From Escherichia phage SECphi18: a DNA stretch of 44,798 nt. The stretch lies in sequence record LT960609. The stretch is one strand, 5' to 3'. Positions within the stretch are counted from its first letter, which is position 1, and each line of letters begins with the position of its first letter. The notes under the pieces are model-generated. The model saw only the letters and a list, made by a program, of their open reading frames with translations, was not told the origin of the DNA and ran no database searches. The position numbers and the translations under genes were made by a program. Positions 7,874 through 17,785 of this stretch are shown here, in pieces.

Positions 7874-8425
7874 ATGGCAGAAATCAAAGTTAAGGGCCGA
7901 CGCGCCAAACTGGACGGACGAGTAGCAGTAACCCCGCGCCGTAAACCAGGCGAGCAAACTGAGCATACCAATCTCGGACCTGAAATCGAGTACGGAAAGC
8001 GCCGTAAAGGCGGCAAATGTGGACGCCCTACTGACTACCGATCCGTTTACTGCGACCAGCTTCGCCGCTATTTTGCCGACGCCGACGCCTGGCAGGTCAA
8101 CTACTCCGATAAAGGCGCTGCGCAAGTAATCCCCCGCAACAAAATGCCAACCTTCGGTCGATTTGCCGCGGAAATCGGTGTGGGCGTAGCTTGCCTGTAT
8201 CGCTGGGCGCGCGCACATGAGGAGTTCGCCGAGGCAATGGCTGACGCTATGGAATTGCAGAAAACCTTCCTGATGGAAGCTGGCGGCGTGACCATCGCGG
8301 CGGGCTTCGCCACGTTCCTGCTTAAAGCCAACCACGGCGTCCGCGACGATACCCCACTGGATGACGACGAAGATGATAACGGCGACGTCGTTGTCGAACC
8401 TACCGGCAAAGGCCAGGGTGAGTAA
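7874..8425 (+). CDS. Terminase small subunit
   Basis: 183 aa from internal ATG with RBS aaaggg; HTH-like FAAEIGVGVACLYRWARAHEEF; directly upstream of and overlapping the large subunit. Confidence 0.55.
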   Translation: MAEIKVKGRRAKLDGRVAVTPRRKPGEQTEHTNLGPEIEYGKRRKGGKCGRPTDYRSVYCDQLRRYFADADAWQVNYSDKGAAQVIPRNKMPTFGRFAAEIGVGVACLYRWARAHEEFAEAMADAMELQKTFLMEAGGVTIAAGFATFLLKANHGVRDDTPLDDDEDDNGDVVVEPTGKGQGE

Positions 8426-9810
8426 TGCGTAACTATGCGGCAGAACACCGCGCACTGGAACGCGCGATCGCAAAGCGCAACCTACCGCCACGCCCGACAC
8501 GCGTTGCGCAGGCGGTGCGTCTTTACCAGCCTGATTGCCTACCGCACCAGGTCGAACTACTGCGCGACACAAAGACTAAAATACTCGGCCTGTGTTCCGG
8601 CTTCGGTGGTGGAAAGTCGTGGGTCGCTGCGCGTAAGGTAATCCAGCTTCTCACCCTGAACCCTGGTCATGATGGAATTGTGACGGAACCGACTATTCCG
8701 CTCCTGGTTAAAATTATGTATCCGGAATTGGAAAAGGCGTTTGACGAGGCTGGCTTCCGGTGGAAGTTCAATAAGCAGGACAAGATCTATAATGTGCTGG
8801 TGAAAGGAAAATGGACTCGCGTTATCTGTGAATCAATGGAGAACTATACCCGCCTGATTGGGGTTAACGCCGCGTGGATTGTTGCCGACGAGTTCGATAC
8901 CACGAAGCAAGACGTTGCGCTGGCGGCGTATCACAAATTGCTCGGTCGTCTGCGTGCAGGCTTTGTGCGCCAGTTCGTCATCGTGTCCACCCCGGAAGGC
9001 TACCGGGCGATGTACCAGATTTTCGAAGTGGAGAAGGATAGCCAGAAGCGTTTGATCCGGGCGAAGACCACCGACAACCACCATTTACCGGCAGACTTTA
9101 TCGACACGCTGCGCAGTCAGTACCCGGCTAACCTGATCGACGCGTACCTGAACGGCCTATTTGTTAACCTTACGTCGGGCGCGGTGTACAAGATGTTCAA
9201 CCGTGAGGAGAACGCCAGCACTGAAGAAGTGCAACCCGACGACACGCTGATTATCGGTATGGACTTTAACGTCACGAAGATGGCGGCGGTCGTGTACGTC
9301 AGACGGCAGCGCATCACCGAAAACAAGGAGTTCCGCGACGAGATCCACGCAGTGGATGAATTCGTGGACCTGTTTGACACCCCGGCTATGATTGAGGCGA
9401 TCGAGGAGCGCTACCCCGATCATTGTGCTGCCGGTCGGGTCGTCGTTTACCCGGATAGCAGCGGCAAGTCCCGCAAGACTGTCAACGCATCGTCGTCAGA
9501 TATCGCACAACTGGAAGACGCGGGCTTCGAGGTGGAGTACGACAGCGTTAACCCACCTGTGAAAGACCGATTGATCGCGATGAATACGATGATGTGCAAC
9601 TCGAAGGGCGTGCGCCAGTATTTTGTCAACCTGGATAAATGCCCTACACTAGCGAAATGTCTGGAACAGCAGGTTTACGACCTGAAGAAAGGCGAGCCGG
9701 ATAAAACCGCCGGGGTGGACCACATGAACGATGCCGCGGGCTATCCAATTGCGCACCTGTTCCCAGTGATTCGCCCAATCGCCGTTGTTCCAACTGTAGA
9801 CTTCTACTAA
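8425..9810 (+). CDS. Terminase large subunit
   Basis: 461 aa; Walker A GFGGGKS and Walker B-like WIVADE; ATG overlaps upstream stop. Confidence 0.85.
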   Translation: MRNYAAEHRALERAIAKRNLPPRPTRVAQAVRLYQPDCLPHQVELLRDTKTKILGLCSGFGGGKSWVAARKVIQLLTLNPGHDGIVTEPTIPLLVKIMYPELEKAFDEAGFRWKFNKQDKIYNVLVKGKWTRVICESMENYTRLIGVNAAWIVADEFDTTKQDVALAAYHKLLGRLRAGFVRQFVIVSTPEGYRAMYQIFEVEKDSQKRLIRAKTTDNHHLPADFIDTLRSQYPANLIDAYLNGLFVNLTSGAVYKMFNREENASTEEVQPDDTLIIGMDFNVTKMAAVVYVRRQRITENKEFRDEIHAVDEFVDLFDTPAMIEAIEERYPDHCAAGRVVVYPDSSGKSRKTVNASSSDIAQLEDAGFEVEYDSVNPPVKDRLIAMNTMMCNSKGVRQYFVNLDKCPTLAKCLEQQVYDLKKGEPDKTAGVDHMNDAAGYPIAHLFPVIRPIAVVPTVDFY

Positions 9811-9820
9811 GGAAACGACC

Positions 9821-11341
9821 ATGACCGTTAACGTTGACAACCAGCACCCACTTTATGCGCGCATCGCGCCAGAGTGGAAGATGATCCGCGATTGTGTAGC
9901 AGGGGAGCGCGCAGTGAAGGCGTGCGGCCCCTTGTACCTGCCTCATCCCGCCAGTGGCGACAATACTGACCCGAAAGCACGGGCGCGGTATAAGGCGTAC
10001 AAGCAACGCGCTGTATTCCTGAACGCCACCGCCCGCACACTTAACGCGCTGTTAGGCGTTGCCTTTGCTAAACCGGTAAGTCTGGACCTTTCCGGGGCGA
10101 TGGCTGACCTGATTGACGACGTAGACGGCAGTGGTATGCCGCTGCCGCAACTCCTGCGCGGTGCTATGTCGGAAGTGCTGCAATCAGGCCGTGCGGGCTT
10201 TATGGTGGACTACGACCGCCAGGCGCATTTTGATGAACTGGGTAACGTAGTGCCGCAGACAGCCGCTGAGATGGCGTCACACCGCCCGCTTATCCGCCTG
10301 TACACGGCAGAACAGATCATCAACTGGCGGCAGACCCACGGCGTCGATACGCTAATTGTGCTGAAGGAAACGGACGAAATCAGCACCGAAGACCCGGACG
10401 ACTTTGCAAACCACGAAGTAACAATCTGGACCGAGCTTCGCATGATTAACGGTGCGGCACACGCCCGCCGCTGGTACTACAACGCGGACACGTCCGAGGT
10501 GCAAATGGATTTGCCGCGTGGATTTACCCGCACCGACCTTGTTCCGCTGGTGGATGCTGCCGGTCGTGCGCTTACTCAACTTCCGTTTTGCTGGTGCGGC
10601 GCGGTGGATAACAACGCAACGCCAGACGCCGCGCCGCTGGCTGATATTGCGTCCATCAACATTAAGCACTACAACGCCGAAGCGGACGTCGCCGAGATTG
10701 CGCACATCGTGGGCCAACCTACCCTGGTGGCAACGGGCTTGACTCAATCATGGGCGGACAAAAACCTGAAGGGCGGCATTGCCCTCGGTGCGACTAAGGG
10801 CGTTATCCTGGGCCAGAACATGGACGCTAAACTTATTCAGGCCGAGGAGCGCAACTTGTCTGTCGCTCTTTGTGAGCGCCGCGAATTGCAAATGGCTAAA
10901 CTGGGCGCGGCCCTGGTTGAGAAGGGGACCGCACCTAAGACGGCAACGGAAGCGGCCTACGATGCGCAGACTGATAACAGTATCTTGTCGCTTATTGCCG
11001 GTAACGTTGAGAAGGCTTTCAACCGTGCGCTGCAAATCGTCCAGCTATTCACGGGAGACACCGCCGACCAGCGTGTGACGCTGAATAAGTTCTACACCGA
11101 AATCACGGTTGATGCGCAGCTTATGACCGCGATGATGTCGGGTGTGCAGACTGGCACGGTCCGCCTGGCTGATTTCATCAAGTGGATGATGGCGCAGGGC
11201 GTTATCGACGACTCGCAAACCGTCGAGCAGGTGGAAGACGAATTGCGAAATCAGAATCCATTGCCTCAAATGTCCCCTGATGCGGTAGAATCTACCGAAG
11301 AAGACCCGGACAAGGTAGCGGACAATGGCGAAGACAATTAA
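9821..11341 (+). CDS. Portal protein
   Basis: 506 aa; position after terminase; acidic C-terminus. Confidence 0.7.
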   Translation: MTVNVDNQHPLYARIAPEWKMIRDCVAGERAVKACGPLYLPHPASGDNTDPKARARYKAYKQRAVFLNATARTLNALLGVAFAKPVSLDLSGAMADLIDDVDGSGMPLPQLLRGAMSEVLQSGRAGFMVDYDRQAHFDELGNVVPQTAAEMASHRPLIRLYTAEQIINWRQTHGVDTLIVLKETDEISTEDPDDFANHEVTIWTELRMINGAAHARRWYYNADTSEVQMDLPRGFTRTDLVPLVDAAGRALTQLPFCWCGAVDNNATPDAAPLADIASINIKHYNAEADVAEIAHIVGQPTLVATGLTQSWADKNLKGGIALGATKGVILGQNMDAKLIQAEERNLSVALCERRELQMAKLGAALVEKGTAPKTATEAAYDAQTDNSILSLIAGNVEKAFNRALQIVQLFTGDTADQRVTLNKFYTEITVDAQLMTAMMSGVQTGTVRLADFIKWMMAQGVIDDSQTVEQVEDELRNQNPLPQMSPDAVESTEEDPDKVADNGEDN

Positions 11342-12428
11342 TCAACATTTGGCGGATCGAATGATTCGCCGTCACATCTTCACCCAGCGCCTGAGCAATG
11401 ATCAGGCGCGGAGGGTGCTGGCTATGTGGGAGAAGTTCCGGCCCGCTTTGCTAGGCAAGTTGACCGAGTTACTTGATGGCAAAAAGTCCATGAACAACAA
11501 GGCACTTACCACTCTATTAACGCAACTAGACAAGACCGTCAAAACGGAACTGCGCGCCGAGTTTAAGGCGCTGGCTGAAAGCCTTCAGGAGTTCGCCGAC
11601 ACCGAGGCTGATTATCTCACCGACACATTAACGGCAGCGATCCAGCCCGCTGTCGCCGTACCCGCTGTTGAAGTAGTTGGCGTTGTTACCGGCGCGCAGA
11701 TTGCCGCGACGGCAATGAAAAACCCGTTCCAGGGTAATACTATGATGCAATGGCCTGATTCCCTTTCCGAGTGGACCAGGACGCAGATCGGGAATCAGGT
11801 ACGCGCTGGATTCATCCAGGGCAAGCCGACGATGGAAATTATTGCGGACGTGAGGCGCGCGCTAGGCGGTCGTAGTGCGCAAGCAATCTCAAGCGTTGTT
11901 AAGTCCGCGGTCAACCACTATGCGGCGACCGCCCGCGAATTAATGGTAAAAGCTAATGACGATATTCTCGAAGGTCGCCAATGGTTGGCTACATTGGACA
12001 CTCATACTTCCCCTATGTGCCAGCTACGCGATCGCCTGTTTTATCCTGTCGACGTCACTCCCGACACCAAAGGAAAACGCGGCGGGAAAGTGGTGGCGGG
12101 ATCACAATATGGCGCTGGTCCGGGCAAGCTGCATTATTGCTGCCGTTCGACGGAGACGTGGAAAGTTAAGGGCATGGAAGATTGGCCCAGTGGTAAGCGT
12201 CCGGCACTGAAGGCTGAAGCGGGCAGATTGCTGAGTGAGCAGGTCGACGCGCAGACTGATTTCTTCTCATGGGTGCAGCGCCAGCCGCGCCATATTCTGG
12301 AGGAATTATATGGAGTGCAGCGCGCCGACCAGATTATGCGCGGCGTGAAAGTGCCGAAGATGTTCACCGATTCTGGCGAACTGATGACTATCGCACAGCT
12401 TAAAAACCGGGGGTTATGGCGTGATTAA
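11325..12428 (+). CDS. Head morphogenesis protein (Mu F / SPP1 gp7-like)
   Basis: 367 aa; overlaps portal 3' end; typical position. Confidence 0.65.
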   Translation: MAKTINQHLADRMIRRHIFTQRLSNDQARRVLAMWEKFRPALLGKLTELLDGKKSMNNKALTTLLTQLDKTVKTELRAEFKALAESLQEFADTEADYLTDTLTAAIQPAVAVPAVEVVGVVTGAQIAATAMKNPFQGNTMMQWPDSLSEWTRTQIGNQVRAGFIQGKPTMEIIADVRRALGGRSAQAISSVVKSAVNHYAATARELMVKANDDILEGRQWLATLDTHTSPMCQLRDRLFYPVDVTPDTKGKRGGKVVAGSQYGAGPGKLHYCCRSTETWKVKGMEDWPSGKRPALKAEAGRLLSEQVDAQTDFFSWVQRQPRHILEELYGVQRADQIMRGVKVPKMFTDSGELMTIAQLKNRGLWRD

Positions 12429-12729
12429 ATATGCAGCGATTGGACTGGTTATCGGTCTGGCGGTTGGATTCTGGCAGGGTGATTCCTACCGCACTGGCGT
12501 TGAGGCGAGAGCGGCGCAAGAAGCGCAAGCGAAAGCCCAACGGCAGCAAACTAAGGTTGTCGAGGGGGCCGTGCAGGCAGAACAGGCCCGCGACGTGGAA
12601 TACCGGACTATCACGAAAGAGGTTGTAAAATATGTTACGCGTCCTAACCGTCCTGATTGCCGTTTTGATGATGAGCGCGTGCGGATCAAGCAACGTGCCA
12701 TCGACGCCGCTAACCGAGTCGGTCTATAG
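12421..12729 (+). CDS. i-spanin (Rz-like)
   Basis: 102 aa; GTG start; N-terminal TM AAIGLVIGLAVGFW then charged helical region; overlaps the o-spanin in another frame. Confidence 0.5.
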   Translation: MIKYAAIGLVIGLAVGFWQGDSYRTGVEARAAQEAQAKAQRQQTKVVEGAVQAEQARDVEYRTITKEVVKYVTRPNRPDCRFDDERVRIKQRAIDAANRVGL

Positions 12730-12862
12730 ACCACCTTGCACCTTTGAGAATGCCTCGGCAGATCCAGACGAAGACTTGCTGGTTGATGTTAAAAATATGG
12801 AATGCGGGGCTAAGCTAAGGGCGCAAGTGCTGGAGTTGCAGAAAATAATTCGGGGGCCGTGA
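12632..12862 (+). CDS. o-spanin (Rz1-like outer-membrane lipoprotein)
   Basis: 76 aa; signal peptide with lipobox LMMSAC; starts inside the i-spanin gene in a different frame. Confidence 0.55.
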   Translation: MLRVLTVLIAVLMMSACGSSNVPSTPLTESVYRPPCTFENASADPDEDLLVDVKNMECGAKLRAQVLELQKIIRGP

Positions 12863-12876
12863 TGGCCCCCTTTTGT
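12852..12876. terminator. Bidirectional intrinsic terminator
   Basis: gggggcc-gtga-ggccccc followed by TTTT; lies between convergent genes. Confidence 0.6.
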
Positions 12877-13640
12877 TAGCGCGGAATACCGCAAATCTCG
12901 TTTAGTGTTTTCACGTCCAGCGCCACCGCCGTGGACTTAGGCTTGTCCGGGTAAGGAATGAACTGTTCCACTTCAGGCCACGCCTTGATCAGCTTCTTAT
13001 CGGTATTGTGCATATCCAGAACGCCGGTAACGGTTAGTTTGAACGCATCATACTTCGCACGCAACTCGCGGCGGGCCTGGTCGTTACGGTCAAGGCGCTT
13101 GCAGAAGTCGTGGTCTGACGGGTAGTCCGCGCGATCGCGAGGAAGATATATCGGCAACGCTTTCCCGTCCTCGTCCACTTCGCACACTGACGCGAGCATA
13201 ACTGTCTCGAACCCCGGAACGATATCGCCGAGATCAGGCGCGAGCTTATTCATATATTTCTCTTCCCAGTATCCGCGATGTATGCGATGTTGGCGACCGT
13301 CGCCGCTCAATGACAAGGTGCGAACATTGCCGCCTGCGTTGATTTCAAAGGTGGCGTTGTAAACGCTGCCGATACCTTTCGGGCGGTCGGTGTTGTAGCT
13401 ATACGTCGCCTTGTTGGAGTAGACGCTGACGCCGTACATCTGCGACTGGGCATCGCGGATTGCCTTGATATGCTCGCGGAGCGCTGCAAACGTGCGAATG
13501 CCTTCCGGCATACAGTCCAGCGTAATGGCGTACGCAAGGTCGCGAGAGTCCATCATGATGGATTTGGCTTCGGTCGCGATTTCGTGGCCGCGCAGGATGT
13601 TAGCCAGAATCTGGTTTTTAATGTCTTTCGTCAGTCTCAT
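12876..13640 (-). CDS. Reverse-strand moron, hypothetical protein (254 aa)
   Basis: Internal ATG (MRLTKDIK...) with RBS gagga; own promoter; no family recognised by eye; the longer ORF-track N-terminus overlaps the scaffold gene. Confidence 0.6.
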   Translation of the reverse strand: MRLTKDIKNQILANILRGHEIATEAKSIMMDSRDLAYAITLDCMPEGIRTFAALREHIKAIRDAQSQMYGVSVYSNKATYSYNTDRPKGIGSVYNATFEINAGGNVRTLSLSGDGRQHRIHRGYWEEKYMNKLAPDLGDIVPGFETVMLASVCEVDEDGKALPIYLPRDRADYPSDHDFCKRLDRNDQARRELRAKYDAFKLTVTGVLDMHNTDKKLIKAWPEVEQFIPYPDKPKSTAVALDVKTLNEICGIPR

Positions 13641-13662
13641 TTTTGTGTCCTCGTTGTTGGTG

Positions 13663-13698
13663 TGCAACCAATATATGCAACCAATACGAGGATTGCAA
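13663..13698 (-). promoter_or_regulatory. Sigma70-like promoter with two tandem operator-motif copies
   Basis: Minus strand: -35 TTGCAA, 17 nt, -10 TATATT; ATTGGTTGCA copies 13 nt apart cover the spacer and start site. Confidence 0.5.
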
Positions 13699-13788
13699 GC
13701 GAATTTTGCGATTATTTTTATCGCTGATAATATTAGAAGCGTGAAGTCGAGCGGGTGGCCCGCTCTGCCACAATCCCAGGGGGATAGC

Positions 13789-14493
13789 ATGAAACTTACT
13801 AAAGCAGAATATGACGCGTTGCCGGAAGGTATGAAGGCGCTTTTTGTTGCCGATGGCGACGGGTATAAATCAACGTTCATGACCGCAGAAGAAGTACAGG
13901 CGGAAATTAAGGGTCTGAAAGACAACAACGCGAAGCTGGTGAGCGAGAAGAAAGCAGAAGCCGAACGCCGCGCCGAAGCTGAGCGCCTTGCGAAAGAGAA
14001 AGAGGAAGCCGCCGCGCGCAAAAATGGCGACCTCGAAGCGATCGATAAGTCCTGGAAAGATAAGTTTGCGAAACACGAAGCAGACACATCGGGAAAAATC
14101 GAAGCCTACCGCAAGCAGATCCACGATCTAACCATCGGCAGTGCTGCCAAAGACCTGGCCTCGAAGCTGTTCGGTAAGAATGCTGGGATCATGCAACGCC
14201 ACGTAATGGACCGCCTGACGCTGGAAGACGGCGAAGACGGCAGCTTGAAAGTGCGTGTCTTGCAGGATGGCAAACCGTCCGCGCTGACGATGGAAGAGCT
14301 TGAAAAAGAGTTCCGTAATAACGCCGATTTTGCATCCGTCCTGGCCGGCACGCCAGCCGGCGGCGCGCCTAGCAAACCGACGCAGGTTGTCGAAGATGTG
14401 AAGTCGAAAATTACGATGGGCCATAGCTTCGGTATCACCGATCTCACCAAACAGGCCGGGGATATCATCGCTAAGATGGGCGACGACGAGTAA
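13789..14493 (+). CDS. Scaffolding protein
   Basis: 234 aa from internal ATG with RBS aggggg; charged coiled-coil-like Ala/Glu/Lys-rich; precedes the major capsid gene. Confidence 0.55.
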   Translation: MKLTKAEYDALPEGMKALFVADGDGYKSTFMTAEEVQAEIKGLKDNNAKLVSEKKAEAERRAEAERLAKEKEEAAARKNGDLEAIDKSWKDKFAKHEADTSGKIEAYRKQIHDLTIGSAAKDLASKLFGKNAGIMQRHVMDRLTLEDGEDGSLKVRVLQDGKPSALTMEELEKEFRNNADFASVLAGTPAGGAPSKPTQVVEDVKSKITMGHSFGITDLTKQAGDIIAKMGDDE

Positions 14494-14497
14494 GCAG

Positions 14498-14523
14498 ATT
14501 GCCCGCGAAAGCGGGCAATTTTG
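14498..14523 (+). terminator. Intrinsic terminator
   Basis: attgcccgc-gaaa-gcgggcaat followed by TTTT. Confidence 0.6.
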
Positions 14524-14590
14524 CGAGCGCGTAAATCTAAGGTAACATTAACGTCACTGGGCGAATGCTCACAACTCAAAGGATTTCGAT

Positions 14591-15691
14591 ATGTCTTTAA
14601 CAGTGTTCCAGCGTAAACTCGTTACCGCGGTTACGCAAATGATCCCCGACAACCTGAACGTTTTCAACGCCGCCGCCAATGGTGCTGTTGTTCTCGGTAC
14701 TGGTGAAGTGCTGAAGGATGTTGTAGAAAAAATGTCCGTAGGCTTGATCGCCAACCTTGTTACCGACCGTAACGCCTACGCCCCTGTCGGTACTCCGGCA
14801 ACCGCTAAAGTGCTGGCGCGTATGCTGACCAACTCCGTTAACCTATCCGCGAAAGTGGGTCCGGTAGCGATCACTAAGGCTATGATGGCTAAAATCGAAA
14901 CCAACGTTAACAGCGTTGCGGCTGAGATTGCGGCACAGGCTACTCAAGCGATTATGCTGCATTACCTGAAAGCGGGTATCGGTGCGGGTAAAGCGGCGAT
15001 CGAGAGCAACAACAACGCGGTATACACCCAACCGGCGCGCGTTGACGGCGTTGGCGGTCGTACCTTCCCGACCCTGGCAGACTTCCCGCTGGCGGCTTCT
15101 AAGTTCGGCGATCAGGCGTCTTTAATTAAGTCCTGGTTTATGGACGGCGTTACCTGGGCAAACTTCATTGCGTACCAGGCACTCCCGTCCGCTGAACAGG
15201 TATTTGCAATTGGCGATCTCCAGGTAATGGGTGATGGCCTAGGCCGTCGTTTCATTATCTCCGACGCCGCTGCGGATGCTATGGGTGCTGGTAAAATGCT
15301 GGGTCTGGTTCCTGGCGCGGTTGCAGTTACCACCAACGGCCTCGATATGCTGGCGCAGGAGAAAGGCGGTAACGAGAACATCGAACGCTGGTGGCAGGGC
15401 GAGTTCGACTTCAACGTGGCCGTTAAAGGCTACCGTCTGAAGGCGTCCGCTCGTACCCCGATCGAAGGTGTGCGCTCGTTCAAACTGGACGATATTACCA
15501 CTTCCGCTAACTGGGAACTGGACCAGGGCCAGGTAGACAACGCACCGGCAACCGTGCAGGATGTTGGCGCTGTGGGTGATGGCGATACTAAAGGCCGTCG
15601 TAAGACCCAGGCCGCACAGGCAGTGCCTACCCGTCACATCAAGGAAACCGCTGGCGTACTGGTTACGCTGACGGCGACTACCGCGTCTTAA
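14591..15691 (+). CDS. Major capsid protein
   Basis: 366 aa; RBS aaagga; position after scaffold; followed by a strong terminator. Confidence 0.7.
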   Translation: MSLTVFQRKLVTAVTQMIPDNLNVFNAAANGAVVLGTGEVLKDVVEKMSVGLIANLVTDRNAYAPVGTPATAKVLARMLTNSVNLSAKVGPVAITKAMMAKIETNVNSVAAEIAAQATQAIMLHYLKAGIGAGKAAIESNNNAVYTQPARVDGVGGRTFPTLADFPLAASKFGDQASLIKSWFMDGVTWANFIAYQALPSAEQVFAIGDLQVMGDGLGRRFIISDAAADAMGAGKMLGLVPGAVAVTTNGLDMLAQEKGGNENIERWWQGEFDFNVAVKGYRLKASARTPIEGVRSFKLDDITTSANWELDQGQVDNAPATVQDVGAVGDGDTKGRRKTQAAQAVPTRHIKETAGVLVTLTATTAS

Positions 15692-15709
15692 CGGGCGCAC
15701 ATCCCAAAT

Positions 15710-15735
15710 GGGCGGGCTTATGCCCGCCTTTTTTA
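15710..15735 (+). terminator. Intrinsic terminator after the capsid gene
   Basis: gggcgggc-ttat-gcccgcc followed by T6. Confidence 0.6.
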
Positions 15736-15749
15736 TAGGAGTGAATCTA

Positions 15750-16250
15750 ATGTATGGCGACCCGCAAACCTTTGTCGATTATGCCGCTGCGCGAGGCGTT
15801 GAAGTCACGTTGGGCGATGCAACGCGACACCTTACCATCGTTAATGACTTCCTTAACGGCATCAACTGGATCGGCGAACAGGCGGACCAGACAGGAATAG
15901 ACGCATGGCCCCGCATCAATTACCCATCGGACGGGAAGCCGGTGCGCGACACGCTAACCGAAGTCGTGGCGGTAGTGCCTGCTGGGCAAATCGTAGACTT
16001 TGCATCAATCCCCGTTGCCGTTGAGCAAGCTGTTTACCGGCTGGCGCTGTTGGTGGCAGACGAGATCGATATTTCTCCTGTCGGCGATGGTAAAGAGACT
16101 ATTCGCGAAACGGTCGGCCCGATCACGATGGAGTATGACCCGGCGTCGATTGGTAGCGGGGTGTCGTTCCCGTGGTGGGATGGCTTGTTAGGGCACTGGG
16201 TTGATTCTGGCGGCAACGCCGCAGGCAACTTCGACGTATTCAGGGGGTAA
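15750..16250 (+). CDS. Head-tail connector/adaptor candidate
   Basis: 166 aa from internal ATG with RBS aggagtg; position between capsid and tail genes. Confidence 0.4.
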   Translation: MYGDPQTFVDYAAARGVEVTLGDATRHLTIVNDFLNGINWIGEQADQTGIDAWPRINYPSDGKPVRDTLTEVVAVVPAGQIVDFASIPVAVEQAVYRLALLVADEIDISPVGDGKETIRETVGPITMEYDPASIGSGVSFPWWDGLLGHWVDSGGNAAGNFDVFRG

Positions 16251-16251
16251 T

Positions 16252-16368
16252 ATGAGTCCTGCATTACTCGCGGCTATTATCGCCGCCAACACTAAACGGC
16301 AGCCAGAACAGCCGGATCCGGAACCCGAACCACCGGCACAGGAGAGCGAAGAAGATGGCGGGCTTTAA
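16252..16368 (+). CDS. Small hypothetical protein (38 aa)
   Basis: ATG 1 nt after upstream stop; Pro/Glu-rich; below ORF-track cutoff. Confidence 0.25.
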   Translation: MSPALLAAIIAANTKRQPEQPDPEPEPPAQESEEDGGL

Positions 16369-16708
16369 TTACGCAGGATTAAAGCGGAAAGTGAATCCGC
16401 TGATTAAAAAATTCGGCATGACCGTTACGGTGACGCGTCCTGGGTCTGTTGACCGCGTAGACGGCGACGAAGTGGTAAGACCGCCAACGTCGTTTGACGT
16501 CATCGGTCTTCGCGAGGAGTACAAGCCTAGCGAGATCGACGGAACGCGTATCGTTGCCGGTGATGTGAAGTTTTTATGTCGGGCGGTTGAGCAATTGCGG
16601 GTTGGCGACCTGGTTAACCTGAACGGTGCGGACTACCGGGTCGTCAATCCAAACCCACTGCAACCGGCAGGTACGACCATGCTGTTTCAACTACAGCTAA
16701 GGGGCTAA
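16355..16708 (+). CDS. Head-tail joining protein candidate
   Basis: 117 aa; RBS ggagag; position. Confidence 0.4.
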   Translation: MAGFNYAGLKRKVNPLIKKFGMTVTVTRPGSVDRVDGDEVVRPPTSFDVIGLREEYKPSEIDGTRIVAGDVKFLCRAVEQLRVGDLVNLNGADYRVVNPNPLQPAGTTMLFQLQLRG

Positions 16709-16709
16709 C

Positions 16710-17303
16710 GTGGCTGAAGTCTACTCATTCGCCGCCACTATTGCTACGTGGGTGGATAAGACGAAGGAGAACAACGATAAGGCGGTGCGGGCGTACGGGA
16801 TGCAAATACTCGGACGCCTTATTGAGATCTCCCCGGTGGGCGACCCTCGCCGGTGGAAGATTAACAAGGCTTATGCAATGGCCCGCCAGCACGCGAACAA
16901 GGTGAACGCCGCACAGCGCCGCAAGAATGGCGGCAAACTGAAGCGCGGGCAGAAGAAGCACGCCAGTGTGCTCATCTCATTCAAGACTAAAAACGGCAAC
17001 GTCACGTTCCGCCAGCGTGGCTGGGCCGCGAAGAATTACACCGGCGGACGCTTCCGGGGAAACTGGCAGGTTACGTTCGACCGTCCGGCTGTAGGCGCTA
17101 TCGACCGCGTGGACAAGGCCGGAACGGCAACATTAGCCGCGGGGCGTGAAGTGCTGGCGCATTACGATTCCAGTGAATACGGGTCGATCTGGTTTACTAA
17201 CAACGTGCCATACGCGCAGCGACTTGAGTATGGCTGGAGTAAACAAGCGCCCGCGGGGATTGTTCGCGTCGTAGCGGCAGAAATTAATTCGAAGGTGAAA
17301 TAA
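16710..17303 (+). CDS. Neck/tail completion protein (HK97 gp10-like)
   Basis: 197 aa; GTG start with RBS aagggg; C-terminal YAQRLEYGWSKQAPAG resembles the gp10 family. Confidence 0.5.
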   Translation: MAEVYSFAATIATWVDKTKENNDKAVRAYGMQILGRLIEISPVGDPRRWKINKAYAMARQHANKVNAAQRRKNGGKLKRGQKKHASVLISFKTKNGNVTFRQRGWAAKNYTGGRFRGNWQVTFDRPAVGAIDRVDKAGTATLAAGREVLAHYDSSEYGSIWFTNNVPYAQRLEYGWSKQAPAGIVRVVAAEINSKVK

Positions 17304-17725
17304 TGAGCAATACTCTAATCCGCAAGGCGCTTAACAGCGTTGTCGAAGAGCTATCGGTTAGCCTGAGCACTAGCACGCGCCCGATAAAGGTTAACTGGGA
17401 GAACGTGAGCGGCGACCACGCAAACGGCAGCGGTGTCTACCTGGAACCATATCTGCTTCCGGCCCCGACCCAGTTTGTGGGCTTCCAGCAGAAGGGCCGG
17501 ATCTATGCAGGTGTGTATCAGGTCGCCGTGGTATTTCCTGCGGGCACTGGCACACAGTATGCGAGCGAACTGGCGGACGCCATCGCGACGTCTGACAAGT
17601 GGCGGGCCGTAAGGCTTGCAGGCGCTTCATTCCAGCTTCAGGACGCGCCATACACCAGTTCAGTGATTGAGGATGTTGATCGCGCCCGCATCGTGGTTAC
17701 AGTCCCCTACACCTGTTGCGCCTGA
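17303..17725 (+). CDS. Tail terminator/completion protein candidate
   Basis: 140 aa; ATG overlaps upstream stop (TAATG); precedes the major tail gene. Confidence 0.4.
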   Translation: MSNTLIRKALNSVVEELSVSLSTSTRPIKVNWENVSGDHANGSGVYLEPYLLPAPTQFVGFQQKGRIYAGVYQVAVVFPAGTGTQYASELADAIATSDKWRAVRLAGASFQLQDAPYTSSVIEDVDRARIVVTVPYTCCA

Positions 17726-17785
17726 TTTGGCGCATTTCTGCGCGTGCTGTATCATTAATCCGTATATCTAAACAGGAGCTTCATT

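Noticed and set aside
13465-14493. Longer 342-aa version of the scaffold ORF and the 403-aa version of the reverse-strand ORF (12876-14087)
   Set aside because: The extended N-termini overlap each other antisense; internal ATG starts with good RBS (13789 plus, 13640 minus) give non-overlapping genes.
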